DNA of 64,000 nucleotides from Amoebidium appalachense (Eukaryota; Protista; Ichthyosporea): NCBI GenBank assembly GCA_963693365.1, contig CAVNZM010000008.1, positions 1,116,001 to 1,180,000 of the forward strand, read 5' to 3'. Shown piece by piece: positions 1 to 13,153 of this stretch (position 1 is its first letter; each line of letters starts with the position of its first letter). The notes under the pieces were generated by a model. It saw only the letters and a program-made list of their open reading frames with translations, ran no database searches and was not told where the DNA came from. The position numbers and the translations under genes were made by a program.

Positions 1-59
1 CCTCCTTCTCCAAACAATCACATTGTGTCCCCCAATTTCCTAACACTCACCCCCCCCAG

Positions 60-344
60 GGTACTGAGAATGAGGGCTGGCTTGCCATGTGGTATCGCTG
101 TGGGCAGGCCTACGACTATGAGGCATCTATTAGTAGTTTCCAGGGGGCATTCTCATTGGTCGGCATGCTGCCCGTGCTGCCCGGCCCATGCGGCCTGTAC
201 AGGATGGCCCATGTCAAGGTGATTGATGATACACACCCTACCCCATTATACGCACAAGAGACACACAACTACAAAAGCACACACACACAGCGCACAAAAC
301 CACAAATGTGCACACACAACCACACACATACAGATACAAGATCC

Positions 345-375
<31 letters not shown>

Positions 376-1319
376 AGGGGCTCCCTACTTCCCCCTCCCC
401 CACTGCTAAAAACCCACTCACCATCCCCCCTCCACGTCTCCCCCGCCCGCCCCCTCCCCCCTTTTCATGTGCCCCTCCCCCCCCCTCCCCCCCCCCCCCC
501 CCCCCCCCCCCCCCACATACACACACACACACACACCCTTCGCTATTGCCCCTCGTCCCCGACTTCCTTCTCTTCCCCCTCAACCGCCCTCTCCTCAACA
601 CCCTCCCCCCCCCCCCCCCCCCCCCCCCCCCCTTCTCTTCTCCCCTCTCTCTTACCCCCGTCCTCCCCTTCCTTCCCCCCCCCCCTCTGCCCCCTCCCCC
701 CTCACCCACCCCCATCCCCCAACCTTCCTCCCACCCCTCTTTCCAAAAAACATTTGTAAAACACAAATTAACCAACCAACACGTACAGGGTGAGTGCCTC
801 GAATATTATTTCAACACAGTCAACATCAACCCCGATGAGACGGACATGGTCACAGGCAACCTTCTACTGGCCGAGGACCGTATTCTCTCCTATGCTGCCG
901 CTCTGATCACAGGCAAATACACCGTGTGGGTGCCTCATGCTGTGTTCTACTTCGAGGCAGAGACGGACTCCATGCGATTTATTGCTCAGAGGCGCCGGTG
1001 GACCAATGGTTCATTTGCGGGATATCTTTACCTGATAATTACACACCCTGGTCTACTGCTGAATGCTCCGCACACGTGGTACGTAACCTCAAGACTCCTT
1101 CCCTCCCCCCCCCCCCCCCCCCCCTCCCCCCACCAAAAAAAAAAAAAATCCTTTACCCCCCCTCCCCCCTCCCCCCCCCCCCCTTGGCCCCCCTTCCCCC
1201 CCTGGCCGCCGCCCCCTCCTCCCCCAAACTCCTTTCCCTCCTTCTCCCCTCCCCCTCCAGCCTCGTCCCCAGGCCCCCCTCCCCCATCCCTCCCGTCCCC
1301 ACCTTTCCCCCTCCTTCCT

Positions 1320-1350
<31 letters not shown>

Positions 1351-2192
1351 TTTCCCCTCCCCTCGAGTTCCACCGCCAAACGTATGCTCGGATCCAAGAA
1401 GCAACACCACCACCAAAAAAATAACAATTAAAATGTATGCCGCCTCCTACACCTCCTTCATGATCCCTTACTTACCCCATTTTAAACCCCCCCCCCCCAA
1501 CCACCCACCCCCCCACCCACCCTCCCCCCCCCCCCCCCCCCCCCCCCAACCAACACACACACACACACACAGGTATTTCAAGGTGATGATAGCCTTCCTT
1601 CTAGGGCTGCAACTTCTCATGTTCCTTCTCGTGTCCATCGCCCCCGCCATCTTTATCTCCATGGCATTCCAGTCCGTCAAAGCAATCATCAACACAGGAG
1701 ACAGCGTGCAGTACGCCATACAATACTCCGTGCTTGTGTTCTACGTGTGCCTGTACCTTGCATTCACCTACAAGCACAGCAAGGAGAAGTTCGTTCCTCA
1801 CCTCTACTACATTGCGCTGTTCACCAATGCATTCATGCTGGGTCTGATCCTGACTGCTATCATCATATCCGCATTTACGGGCGACTGGAAGGTCGTCGGT
1901 GTGGGTATGTGCTCCCCTCCTTTTTTTCCCCATCCCCCCCCCCCCCCCCCCCCCCCCCCCACCACCACCACCACCACCACCATACCACGACCACCACAGA
2001 CACAACCTCCCCCCCCCCTCGGAAGAAAAAATAAAAACGGTTATAAAACCACACTCTCTTACTTGGTTTACAGTCTCCTCCTCCCCCCCCCCCCCACCAC
2101 CACCACCACCCTCCAGTCTAAAGGATTACAGTTGTGCTGGCTCAAGATTAGAACTGGTAGCACTGTCGCGCATTTGTTTTGTGTGTGTGTGT

Positions 2193-2223
<31 letters not shown>

Positions 2224-4323
2224 GAGGGGGGGGGGGGGGGGGTAAAGGGGGGGTGTAGAAAAAGGTGTGGGAGGGGAGGGGGGTGAGAGACGAAGGAAGG
2301 GAAGGTGAAGGGTTGCAAAGGGTGTAGTAAGTAGTTAGAGCGCAAATCTACAAGTGTTGGGGCTGTAGAAGGAAATGGCGTAATACCCGGGGGGGGGGGG
2401 GGGGGGGGGGGGAGGGAGGGGGAAGGTGGGATCCAATACAACCGTAAGTTTCTCACAAGAATGCATGAGGGACAGGGGATGGTTTAAAGAGAAAACATTT
2501 AAAAATTCTCTAACTTATTGTTTGCCGTTTCCACAGTTGCGGCGGTGATGCTTACGCCGTTCCTCCTATCGTTCCTTCACAGCATGGAGTCCTTCGTCAT
2601 GATGCTATCAACCTTCTTCCCTTTCATGTTTTTCCTTCCTACGTTCGTACCTTGGTTCGCTGCTTATTCGTTTTCACGCACTTGGGATCTTACGTGGGGT
2701 AACCGGCCCTCGGATCAGATGGACAGCGTGAGCAAAGAGAAGAAACAAAAGACTTTGGACGATTTGCACGCCAAGGGGCAGAAGATCAATTATTCGATTA
2801 TGGCGATCAACACAATTATCGGTGTGGGTTTATCCCAAATCACCAACGCGAACGTCCTATTGGGTATTTCAGCGAGTATCGCCATTCCGTCCCTTATTCA
2901 ACAGGCACTTTCTATTCTTTTCTATCTCTTCTACACCCCCCACCACACCAGTAATATCCTTTGGAAGGTTTGTGAGCGCAGTATCCCGCGTGCCGTGGGC
3001 ATATTGGCGTCGTTTTTGGCGTTTGTTTCGCTGTGTGTGTCTCTCGCCGATTCCGATTGGGTCACGAGGGGTGGTTTTGTGCCGGGGCTGACACAGCGCG
3101 TCAATTATCGGTAAGCGCTCGTGGGTGTGGTGTGGGTGTGGGGAGATCTGTGTGTTTGTACCTTTCATTCTATGTCTGTATCGATTTTTCCCTTCTATTC
3201 GGCAGTTTTTTTTTTTTTTTTTTTTTTTTTTTTGGGGGGGGGGGGGGGAAGGGGAGGGAGATAGAAAGGCGACGGAGGAGGACATGGAAACTAGGGGGGG
3301 AGGGGAGGGAGGGGGGAGAAGTGGTGAAGAACTTAATTTGAAGGAGGGTTATGGGGGGGGGAATGTATTACTAGGTCGACCAAACAGGGGGGGGGTGGGG
3401 TTGGTTTGTGAGGAAGAGGAAGAGGGGCAGGTACGAACGGGTGCCCGAGGGGAGCTGATGGGGAGAGCCTGGGAAATGGTGGGGTTCGTTGGAAAGGAGG
3501 GGGGGGGGGGAGGGGGTGGGGAGGGGGGCAGCTGGGGAGAACAACAAGCACTAAAGGGCAACGTGCTGAGCAGTAATTACAACATAACCCCTAACACCCC
3601 CCCTTCTTTCTTTCCTTCCACAGGGCCTTCTACGGTCTTATCCGCAACTGCATGGAGCTACCAGCGGGCATCCCCAAAAACGGTGTGCCGGGCGCCTATG
3701 AGGTCAATGAGGGCATGTACTGCGGCACATACAACACAGACCTGTGGAACAGGTGGCCCACTAAGGTCTGGTCCGTGTGCGTGATCCTTCTAGTGTCTTC
3801 CGCAATGTTCACAGGGATTTCTTTCGTTTCCATGGTTGCCGCTGCATTCATGAAGGACAAATCGAGAAACGACGCTGCTGCAAGTCTCTATATGATGATT
3901 AGCACGTTCTTCATTTTGGTTTCTGTTTTCCTTTTCCCCGCCGGGCTTGGTTTGGCGAAACTCGATCGCACGGATGGCGCAATCTACTTTCAGTTTATCA
4001 ACGAAAACCCGCTCTGCCAGGGCTCCGGTGCGTTTAGTGCGGGTGAGTGCACCGTCGGGACAGGTTATTGGCTTATGCTGCTTTCAGGATTTTTCTCTCT
4101 AATCGGTGCAATCTGCTACCAACGTATGCGATTGAACCACCTATCGGAGATTGCACTCGAGGAGAAAAATAAGTCCGAGGCCAAGAAGAGGGGCGCGACT
4201 TTGAGGGAGGCGATGATGGTTGCCAAATTAGGAAGGTTGGAGGGGATGTTGTGTGCTGAGAGGATGGCCAGAGAGGCTATTATGGAGAATTACGAGGCAG
4301 AATCAACCGTGAATTTATGTTAG
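60..4323 (+). CDS. CHS: Chitin synthase (GT2), 5'-partial, with C-terminal LHFPL/claudin-like tetraspan domain; exons 60-218, 789-1078, 1573-1904, 2537-3110, 3624-4323
   Basis: Motifs VLPGPCGLYR, LAEDRIL, QRRRW and TWG(N), followed by hydrophobic helices. All four introns have GT..AG ends with matching phases (K|G, TG|G=W, G|TT=V, CG|G=R), giving one continuous frame into ORF 3652-4323. Confidence 0.9.
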
Positions 4324-4369
4324 CGCTGTGTAGGTGGGTGGGTGGGCGGGTGTGGGTCGATGGTAGGGG

Positions 4370-4371
4370 TG

Positions 4372-4402
<31 letters not shown>

Positions 4403-4425
4403 GTGTGTGTGCGTGCGTGTGTGTG

Positions 4426-4457
<32 letters not shown>

Positions 4458-4519
4458 TGTGCGCGCGTGTGTGTCTGTGTGTCTGTGTGTCTGTGTGTGT
4501 GTGTGTGTCTGGTGTCTGT

Positions 4520-4612
<93 letters not shown>
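4370..4612. repeat. (GT)n microsatellite
   Basis: Seen directly. Confidence 0.95.
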
Positions 4613-4613
<1 letters not shown>

Positions 4614-5009
4614 AATGGGGAGGGGGGGAGGGGGGAGGGGGATGGAGGATGAAATGCTACGACAGAAATACATCTGTAGTAGAAACCTACTAGTATTGTT
4701 TTTGGGCAGGTTAAGCGTTTGCCCAGGTTGTGCTTTTCGGGTTGAGTTTTTAGCCGTGTATGCGTGTGAAACCAAATATTAGTTAATGACTTGAAATGGG
4801 TGTCTTGCACCATTTAGTGTAGACTTTTGAATAAATCTAAAGTATGATTGTAGCATATAACTTAGTATTCAGTAAAGTCTCATACCGATGGTTCAGTCTC
4901 TGAGCCCCCCCCCCCCCCCCCCCAAAAAAAAAAAAAGAATGAAAAGACCCCCCCCCCCCCCCCCAGCGCCACTCCTGCGTATTCATTCCCATCTCAGCAA
5001 CACATTGTA

Positions 5010-5122
5010 CAGGGGGTGACTAAAATTAAGATAATTTGAAATTAAGACAAATAGTGCTATTTTTTCCCCCCAATAAATAAGATAATAGGGTCTACCAAAC
5101 CTGGTGGATATTAAAGATCATC

Positions 5123-5155
<33 letters not shown>

Positions 5156-5985
5156 ACAAAAAAAAATGTGGGGAGGGAGGGGACGGAGGGTTTTCAGTAT
5201 TTACTACTAGCGCTAGCCGATGCAATCGAAAGACACAAACCTGATACATGCTATGGGCGCGGCTATGGGCACATATTAAGTGACGTATGTGCACAATATT
5301 TACTACTAGCGCTAGCCGATGCAATCGAAAGACAAAAACCTGATACATGCTATGGGCGCGGCTATGGGCACATATTAAGTGACGTATGTGCACAATATTT
5401 ACTACTAGCGCTAGCCGATGCAATCGAAAGACAAAAACCTGATACATGCTATGGGCGCGGCTATGGGCACATATTAAGTGACGTATGTGCACAAGAACAC
5501 GTGCAAACACAGACTGAGCGCAACTCACGGACGAACAGATCGGTATGGACACACGAGAAAGCATTTTCAGGCACACACAAACACATAGTATCATAATGCA
5601 CAAACACCCACAAACACAAACACACACACAAACACACACACACACACACACTAACACACACACACACACACAAAACACACACATACAGGGAGAGAAAGGG
5701 GAGGGGGGGGGGGGAGGTTAGACTGTCTGATCTCAAGAGAGATATTTGAGAAAGCGGGACAGATTGGGGGGGGGGGGGGGGGGGGGGGGGGAAGAGAGAG
5801 AAAGAGAGGGAGTGAGAGAGAGATGTACTATGGCATCATACACACCACACGCGCGCGCAAGCATGCCCAGACACACGTGCAGAGCCACGCGCACGCGTGC
5901 AAGCGTGCATACACGTCGACTAAATTCATACACATACACATACATGTATATACATACACATACGACATTGTGCAGCCCGTGCGCA

Positions 5986-6029
<44 letters not shown>

Positions 6030-6068
6030 TACGCCCCCCCCCTACCCCCCTCCCCCCCCTCCCTCCCC

Positions 6069-6108
<40 letters not shown>

Positions 6109-6465
6109 GGCAAGTGCGCCTTATGTGCACACATCGCCGTGACTGCCGGTATGCAATTTGAAAGCCACATTTTCCCCCAGCTGGGCCTGCAGAACCACCA
6201 TTCGGATTGGAATATGTTTGTGTGTAAGATCCGGGGGTGAAGTCTTGTTTGAGATTACTGCCCTTGTGCTAGCATAGCCGGCCTCTTTTATAATTATAAG
6301 AATAGAAGTGCCCCCCCCCCCCCCCCCCCCCCCTCCCCCTTCCCCGCAGACACAACCCACCCCGAGTGAAAATTTAAGATCATTTAGGCTATGGTGCCTG
6401 AAAAATTAAGATAATTAGCCCCTATTTTCAAAATACCAATGATCTTAAATTCCAGTCACCCCCTG
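5010..6465. mobile_element. Non-autonomous TIR DNA transposon, Tc1/mariner-like (TA target site)
   Basis: TA|CAGGGGGTGACT at 5008-5021 and AGTCACCCCCTG|TA at 6454-6467 form a perfect 12-bp TIR that extends imperfectly to about 27 bp. Subterminal AAWTTAAGATMATT motifs at ~5022, ~6370 and ~6403. No transposase ORF. Confidence 0.75.
5198..5494 (+). repeat. 99-bp tandem repeat x3
   Basis: Near-identical units start at 5198, 5297 and 5396. Confidence 0.95.
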
Positions 6466-8061
6466 TAATACCAACCCGCCAGACACAAATTCCGAGATTG
6501 AACACGGATGTTAACAGGCTCTATTCCCGGTCAAACTGCAACTCTCCAATAATATAATGGTTTTGATTCACCCAAATACTTAAACACAGACGGCCCAGTT
6601 ACCACCAAATTGCTAGCGTTTCACGCCCACCATCATCGGCTACGTACGTATACATAGGTGCCATTAGTTACTAGTAATTGATCAGTGCCAGTTGGTTATC
6701 ATACTCAGTTGAACTCGGATCGGATTTTGTGCTTGTTTTGTGTCTTTCTCACGTTTCGAAATATCAATCTATTTCTGCCAGGGACACCATAACAATTTCC
6801 TGATCAACTTGCTACGTATACTCATACTGTCATGATCATACATCATAAGTTATAATATAATAATGTATGGCAGACAAATCACTGCAGGAATTCTTGTGCA
6901 GGCAACCGTAAGTTAGACTTGCTAATGGTTCAAACAAAGTTTTGTGAAGTAGTGCACATATGTGCGTGTCGGTTTTTCTGTGTGTTTCTGCAGCTGTTAC
7001 ATACTATCAGCGAGTATGTGTTCGTTTGAGTGTGCCTATGTCTGTGAATAAGATGCACATTGATACGCAAAGAGTCAGTTTGCACAAAGTCAAGGTCACA
7101 GTGACAACTATAGAGTGGTACACTGTTTGGAATTTGTGGAGAGATCATGCAGCTGATCACTCACTGTCACGTGGTACTACTAGCCCAGTGTCACACAACT
7201 GTTACAGGTGTGGTGCGTCACGGTTTATGTACCGTGACGGGGTGACATATACCACGTGCAGTGTGTTTCACTTCTTATTACCCTGTGCTTGGCATCTTCA
7301 GGTCGGGTTCGGCGGCAGTACCAACTAATTAGAACTCTGTTATACGGCGGAGGCCATGCGCAGTGCAACAACCAAACAAAGCCTGGACTCCAGCCCGTCT
7401 CGGCAAAGTTGTATTCCGGCAATCAGTGATGCATGTGAAAACTTTGATGAAGGTGGGAGCACGGTGGCATATGATGAGCTGGTTTATTGAACTGCAGATA
7501 TAGCATCACCGAGTCCCGGCGTCTATCATCACGGTACCAACCAGGAATCTAATAAAGAAACGTAACATGCATATGCTTATGCATGTATTTCACAAGTGTG
7601 GATGTTGCAGTCACTTCGAATCCGTAGCAAATAACTCAGCATGCGGCACATAGCTAACCAGAACAGATTAGTTGCAGGCCGCGGCTGTGCCATGATTGAT
7701 CGACTCGGAAACTTTGCTATCATTGAATATATTCAAGTCTGAGAGCAAACGTACGTTGACACCAATAATAAAACTGAAGCCTACCGTTGACACCAATAAA
7801 ACTGAAGCCTAAGACTCTAGCACTGTTCAACAGAACAAGCCTGCTCAGTGTCCCTTATTGGTAGTCAGATGCATGTTCTCCCCCCCCCCCCCCCCCCCCC
7901 CCCGATCAGTGCCTGCTGTACATGTACTATACGTACGTACAGTCATCATCATGCTCAGTCATGGTGTGGCTCTACTTCTCAACTGTTACAATACATATTC
8001 ACTCCATGACATATAAACACCGAGTGATTGACTGTGTACAATGTTTGGCATCACTGCAAGT

Positions 8062-8544
8062 TCACAGATGGGGCACCACGTAAGTGTTATACGCATATCT
8101 CTCAATGCTCGCATGATCAGTACCGCACAACGGATCATCAAACAGCGTGGACTCCAACGCGCCCGTAGCCTCGCACTGGCCAATGATGTACTCCCCTGTG
8201 TCCAGCTGGTTGCCGTACTTTGCGCGGCACGCCAAGGTGGGCCCGGCATAGCCGTCACACTGGTCGCACGTGATTGGCATTGAACACATGGCCGTGAATG
8301 CAGTGCCGTGGTACGTAACGCCGTCGACCTCATCCTCGCGCCACGAATGCCCGTAGAGCTTGGGACCGCCGTAGCTTGGGCCAGCTCGGTCGAGGATGCA
8401 GCCGGATTTTAGGATGGGGCGGCACTGATACGGGTGGACATTCGGGTCACAGCGGTAGCACTTGCTTAAACACTCGCCGCAGTCTGCGGACGCCACCGCC
8501 GCAAGTGCTGCCAGTGCAAAAACAGACTTGAGAAGGACAGACAT
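8062..8544 (-). CDS. Small secreted cysteine-rich protein (160 aa, 12 Cys), intronless
   Basis: ATG start, signal-peptide-like MSVLLKSVFALAALAAVASA|D, non-repetitive GC-rich codons, and a TATA box about 120 bp upstream. Confidence 0.85.
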   Translation of the reverse strand: MSVLLKSVFALAALAAVASADCGECLSKCYRCDPNVHPYQCRPILKSGCILDRAGPSYGGPKLYGHSWREDEVDGVTYHGTAFTAMCSMPITCDQCDGYAGPTLACRAKYGNQLDTGEYIIGQCEATGALESTLFDDPLCGTDHASIERYAYNTYVVPHL

Positions 8545-8660
8545 GGTGCTGGTTGCAAGGACGTAGGCGGACAGGCGGTCTTGCTACACGTAATATGCAG
8601 ACTATTTCGAGGCCCCGGGCAACTGAAGTTTTTTCTGGGCCACAGCTTTTGCTGCGGCGC

Positions 8661-8669
8661 CTTTATATA
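8661..8669 (-). promoter_or_regulatory. TATA box for the secreted-protein gene
   Basis: Minus strand reads TATATAAAG about 117 bp upstream of the ATG at 8544. Confidence 0.55.
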
Positions 8670-9080
8670 GCCTCGCTGGAGGTCACGTCATTCACGTGCA
8701 GTCACGTCACAGTGTTCGGGAGTGCTCACGATATTTTTGGCCAACAATATGCATGGATGTCCTGATCAGGGCATATATGCTACATATGATACAGTCCGAT
8801 TCAAAAACTGTGTAAATAAATGTAGCCTCACTATTACTCATCATCTTTTGAACGTTTGCACTCAATATTCATGAGCTCTGAGAGTACGTCAGCCATCTTA
8901 CCGTGTTTCATTTTGATATTTTGAAACGGTTCCGGACTTCCGGTCCGTGCACGTTGGCGACTTGTGGCGCGCGCTTGCCGGATAATGTAAGATAAATTCC
9001 TCGGCGATAACCAGTCAACGGGATGTTGGGTCTCTCACGTGCACGGTAACGGGGTCGTTTTGACATATATTTTTACCATG

Positions 9081-10110
9081 CATACTGGCCCGACTCTTCA
9101 CAAGTTGACGGCCAAAGAACGCAAATTCGCATGACGTTGTTCTAATGCTTCAAAATATGCGGGTTTACATTCTACTGCACTTTAGGCTACACTGAATGTA
9201 TACATACAGAGCGCTGCATATCGATATCATACGGTCTGGTTTTTAACAAAGGAATGTAAGCTACTTTGCTGGACCGCATGCCAATGTTTAAATAATGCTA
9301 TGGCAGATTGGTTGATTCAGCTTCTGATGTGGCGCGCACTTGCAAAGGGTTCGAATTCGCCAGTGACCCACTGTAGTACCCACTCACAGCCCCATTTTGG
9401 CAAAGGCCCCCCATGGCCACACCGTATCCCCCCTTCCCTCCCCAAAAGGGTCTTCCCCCTCCCCCCCCCCCCCCCCCCCCCCCCTCTTCGGCCCATGCTT
9501 TTCTTTTATTTTTTATTTTATCCCGTTTTGTTCCCGGAGGCACCCCTAGGGGCCCTCAGGGGGAACTACCGTACGTGTCTTCCACCCAGCACCGACGGTA
9601 CTCTGGCTAGGCCTTCGGCCCATAACATGGCACCAATTATTCACCCACAATTCACTTCAATTGAACCCACTCAACCCACTCAATTCTCCCCCGAGTCCCC
9701 CCCCCCCCCCCCCCCCCCGCCCCTCCCCCCCCATGGCCCCCTCTCCTCCCCTCTCCCCGCCCCTGTCTGGCCCCCTCCTCCCCCCCCCCCCCCCACCACC
9801 ACCACCGCCACGACCACCACTCCCCTCCTCCCCTCCGCCCCATTCCCATCCCCCCCCCCCCCCCCCCCTCCCCCATTCCCCCCCCCCCCCCCCCCCCCAT
9901 CATGTTCCCGACTCTCCCCACGCGAAGGTTCTTCTGGAATCCGGAAAGAGTTTGGACGTTTTTTGAGAATTTTGACCCGTGGGCATTAGCCGTAGAAGAC
10001 TGTAAAACAAGTCCTTACATGATCAGCATGATGCATATACTGGCCCAACTCTTCACAAGTTGACGGCCAAAGAACGCAGATTCGCATTAAGTTTGTTGCT
10101 AATGCTTCAA
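9081..10110 (+). repeat. Diverged direct repeat of ~75 bp (9081-9152 and ~10037-10110)
   Basis: atactggccc(g/a)actcttcacaagttgacggccaaagaacgca...ctaatgcttcaaa is present twice. Confidence 0.8.
9297..9365 (+). other. Possible tRNA-derived (SINE-like) Pol III head
   Basis: A-box-like TGGCAGATTGG at 9301 and B-box-like GGTTCGAATTC at 9348, with tRNA-like spacing; no clean cloverleaf. Confidence 0.3.
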
Positions 10111-10171
10111 ATGAGCGTTTTTAAATAAATTTATAGCGCTTTTCTACAGAGCGCTGTCTGTACAGTGTACT

Positions 10172-10415
10172 CTAACTTAGTCTCGAAGTCTATGATTAAA
10201 AATTATGATTTAGGTCATCACGGATTGGTTGTCTAGACATCAGTGGAACGCACGCACAGGAATGTTCCCACTTTCAGTGTAATCTAACCCCGGGGCTAAC
10301 TTAGAGTCTTAAGTCTATGATTAAAAATTATGATTCAACGAGGTCATCACGGATTGGTTGTCTAGACATCAGTGGAACGCACGCACATATGACTGCCTGG
10401 GAATGTTCCCACTTT
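10172..10415 (+). repeat. Local tandem duplication (~120 bp x2)
   Basis: ctaacttag...aagtctatgattaaaaattatgatt...aggtcatcacggattggttgtctagacatcagtggaacgcacgcaca...ggaatgttcccacttt occurs twice. Confidence 0.85.
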
Positions 10416-10839
10416 CTTTATCTTCCTCTAACATCGTGTGCTTATAGAATAAGTATAATATATAGCATGCAGATGAATTATTTTAGCTTATTATACTAAA
10501 GAAGAACAGGCGTGCGGCATACGGTTTAACTTATCATGCAGCACTCCGAGAGTCTCTTATCAGCGCACGCTTTACATATCAGCGCACGCAAACTAATAAA
10601 CGCTTACATAGCTATGAAATAACGTGTGACGTGCACATGATAATGAATGGGCAACTTATAATATACATACATACCTACGCATGCGCAGGCTGCCATGGTC
10701 ATGTGAATGATGTTATGGCATGGCGGGATGGTGGCCCCGGGGGCGTTGCAGGCCAAAACAGCGTACTGAGTGAGTCATCCACTTAACTTACACCAACGCC
10801 ACAAAGTGTATACGTAGTAGTCAACTGTCTGGAAACTTC

Positions 10840-11282
<443 letters not shown>

Positions 11283-12123
11283 AACCCCTTCTCTCTCACT
11301 CTCAGAGTCTCTCTTCATCTCTCACGGTGTGTGCCAATATGGTTCCCAATTGCTCTTCCATCATGTGCAGGTGTGTTTCGAAAGCTGGTGCAGGCCATGA
11401 GATGCCGAGGCACAAGACCAGACTCTCTCGGAGTGGTGCCGGCCTCCCCCCCCCCCCCCCCCCCCCCCCCCCCGCTTTTTATATCATTGAAACCATAATT
11501 TTAGATCATGTCCCCCCCCCCCCCTCCCTTTCCACACCCACATACGCAAACTAACACGTGGTCAATGGGTGCGTGTGTGTGTGTGACCGTGTGTATACGT
11601 ATGTGTGTAAATGTATGTGCCTTTAGGAGTATAATAATATGAGTCACGCACAGTTTTGCCAAGTTTGTGTGTACATGGGACTGTTGATGTTGTTGTTTGG
11701 TGTGGTGTGTGGGAGGGGGGGGGGGGGGGGGGGGATGGGGCGGAGGGGCCCGGGGGGGCTTGATGATTGATAGACCAAGCGCGAAAGTTATTCGCAGACA
11801 TCGGCTGCTGCTGCTCGTGGTGGTGGTGGTGTCCTACATGTGAGTGGCCACAGTTGCTTTATTTGGGTATTTTTTCTTTTTTGGTAGAGGTGTGTGGGTG
11901 GATTGGTGGGTGGGTCGTGGGTGGGTGCCGGGGTGGGGCCCCGGGGTTGAGGGGGGGGAACTTCAAGGGGGTTTTGGGGGGGGGGGAGGATCTGGAAGGG
12001 GGTTGGGGGAGGGGGAGGGAGATATATCGGCCAAAGCGTGTATGTACAGTCTTCGTTTTCGATGTAAATCAGTGTGCGCACCGTGGAAAATGTAAACGCC
12101 CAGATCCCCCCCCCCCCCCCCCC

Positions 12124-12165
<42 letters not shown>

Positions 12166-12222
12166 TTGAAATTAGAATAAATATGAATGGCCACACACAC
12201 ACACACGAACGGCACTGATGTG

Positions 12223-12294
<72 letters not shown>

Positions 12295-12408
12295 GGGTCG
12301 CGCGCGCGCGTGTGTGTGTGTGTGTGTGTGTGTACATATGTATGTGTGTGTGTTTTGGTAAGTGGGGCCCGGGGGGAGGGGGCATCGTCCATGCAAGTTT
12401 GTGCGCGG

Positions 12409-13153
12409 TGTAAATTTGGTTGTGTATCATAGCGGCAGCGCCAGATTGCATTTACAGTATGGGATCTGATCAATCTTGAGATGGGATCTTATCCTTGGCA
12501 CTCATCGATTCAAGTCCAGGCATGTTCCCAACTGATTGGATCTGGCTGATACTGCCGCCTTTTATAGGGGACAGTCCGCCGTGCGATTGTGGGACAACGC
12601 CGCTGCTTCCCGACCAACCATTTTGATTGGTCAGTAAGCGCGACTAACTACAGGGCGCGACTCCCGTAGTCTGTCCGACAATATACACAACCATGTTTAC
12701 ATGTTTACATCTCCCCCCCCGTTGGGGAGTCGCGCGCTCCGCCTCCCTGCGAAAAGGCCGTAGCAGTCCGCGAACGGCTCCACCCAAGGTTACAGTATAC
12801 AGGTGTGGCCTTCCGACTAACAGCCCCCTTGGGTCCTGCCGCGGTCGCCAATGTAAATTTGGTTGTGTATCATAGCGGCAGCGCAGATTGCATTTACAGT
12901 ATGGGATCTGATCAATCTTGAGATGGGATCTTATTATCCTCGGCACTCATCAATTCGAGTCCAGCTGGGCATGTTCCCAACTGATTGGATCTGGCTGATA
13001 CTGCCAGACTGCCGCCTAAGGGGACAGTTCCGCACGCCCGGCCCGTGCGATTGTGGGATAACGCCGCTGCTTCCCGACCAACCATTTTGATTGGTCAGTA
13101 AGCGCGACTAACTACACTGCGTCTGTCCGACAATATACACAACCATGTTTACA
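12409..13153 (-). mobile_element. TRIM (terminal-repeat retrotransposon in miniature): LTRs 12409-12709 and 12852-13153, 142-bp non-coding interior
   Basis: Both LTRs run TGTAAA...TTTACA. 4-bp TSD GCGG at 12405-08 and 13154-57. Minus-strand PBS TGGCGACCGCGGCAGGAC at 12833-12850 and [14 protein letters not shown] at 12710-12720. Confidence 0.92.

Noticed and set aside
5198-5494. CRISPR-like array (also considered for the 452-bp arrays)
   Set aside because: Head-to-tail identical units with no unique spacers, no cas genes, and a eukaryotic context.
7756-7811. ~28-bp tandem duplication ttgacaccaataa(taa)aactgaagccta
   Set aside because: Real, but a trivial slippage duplication with no evidence of function.
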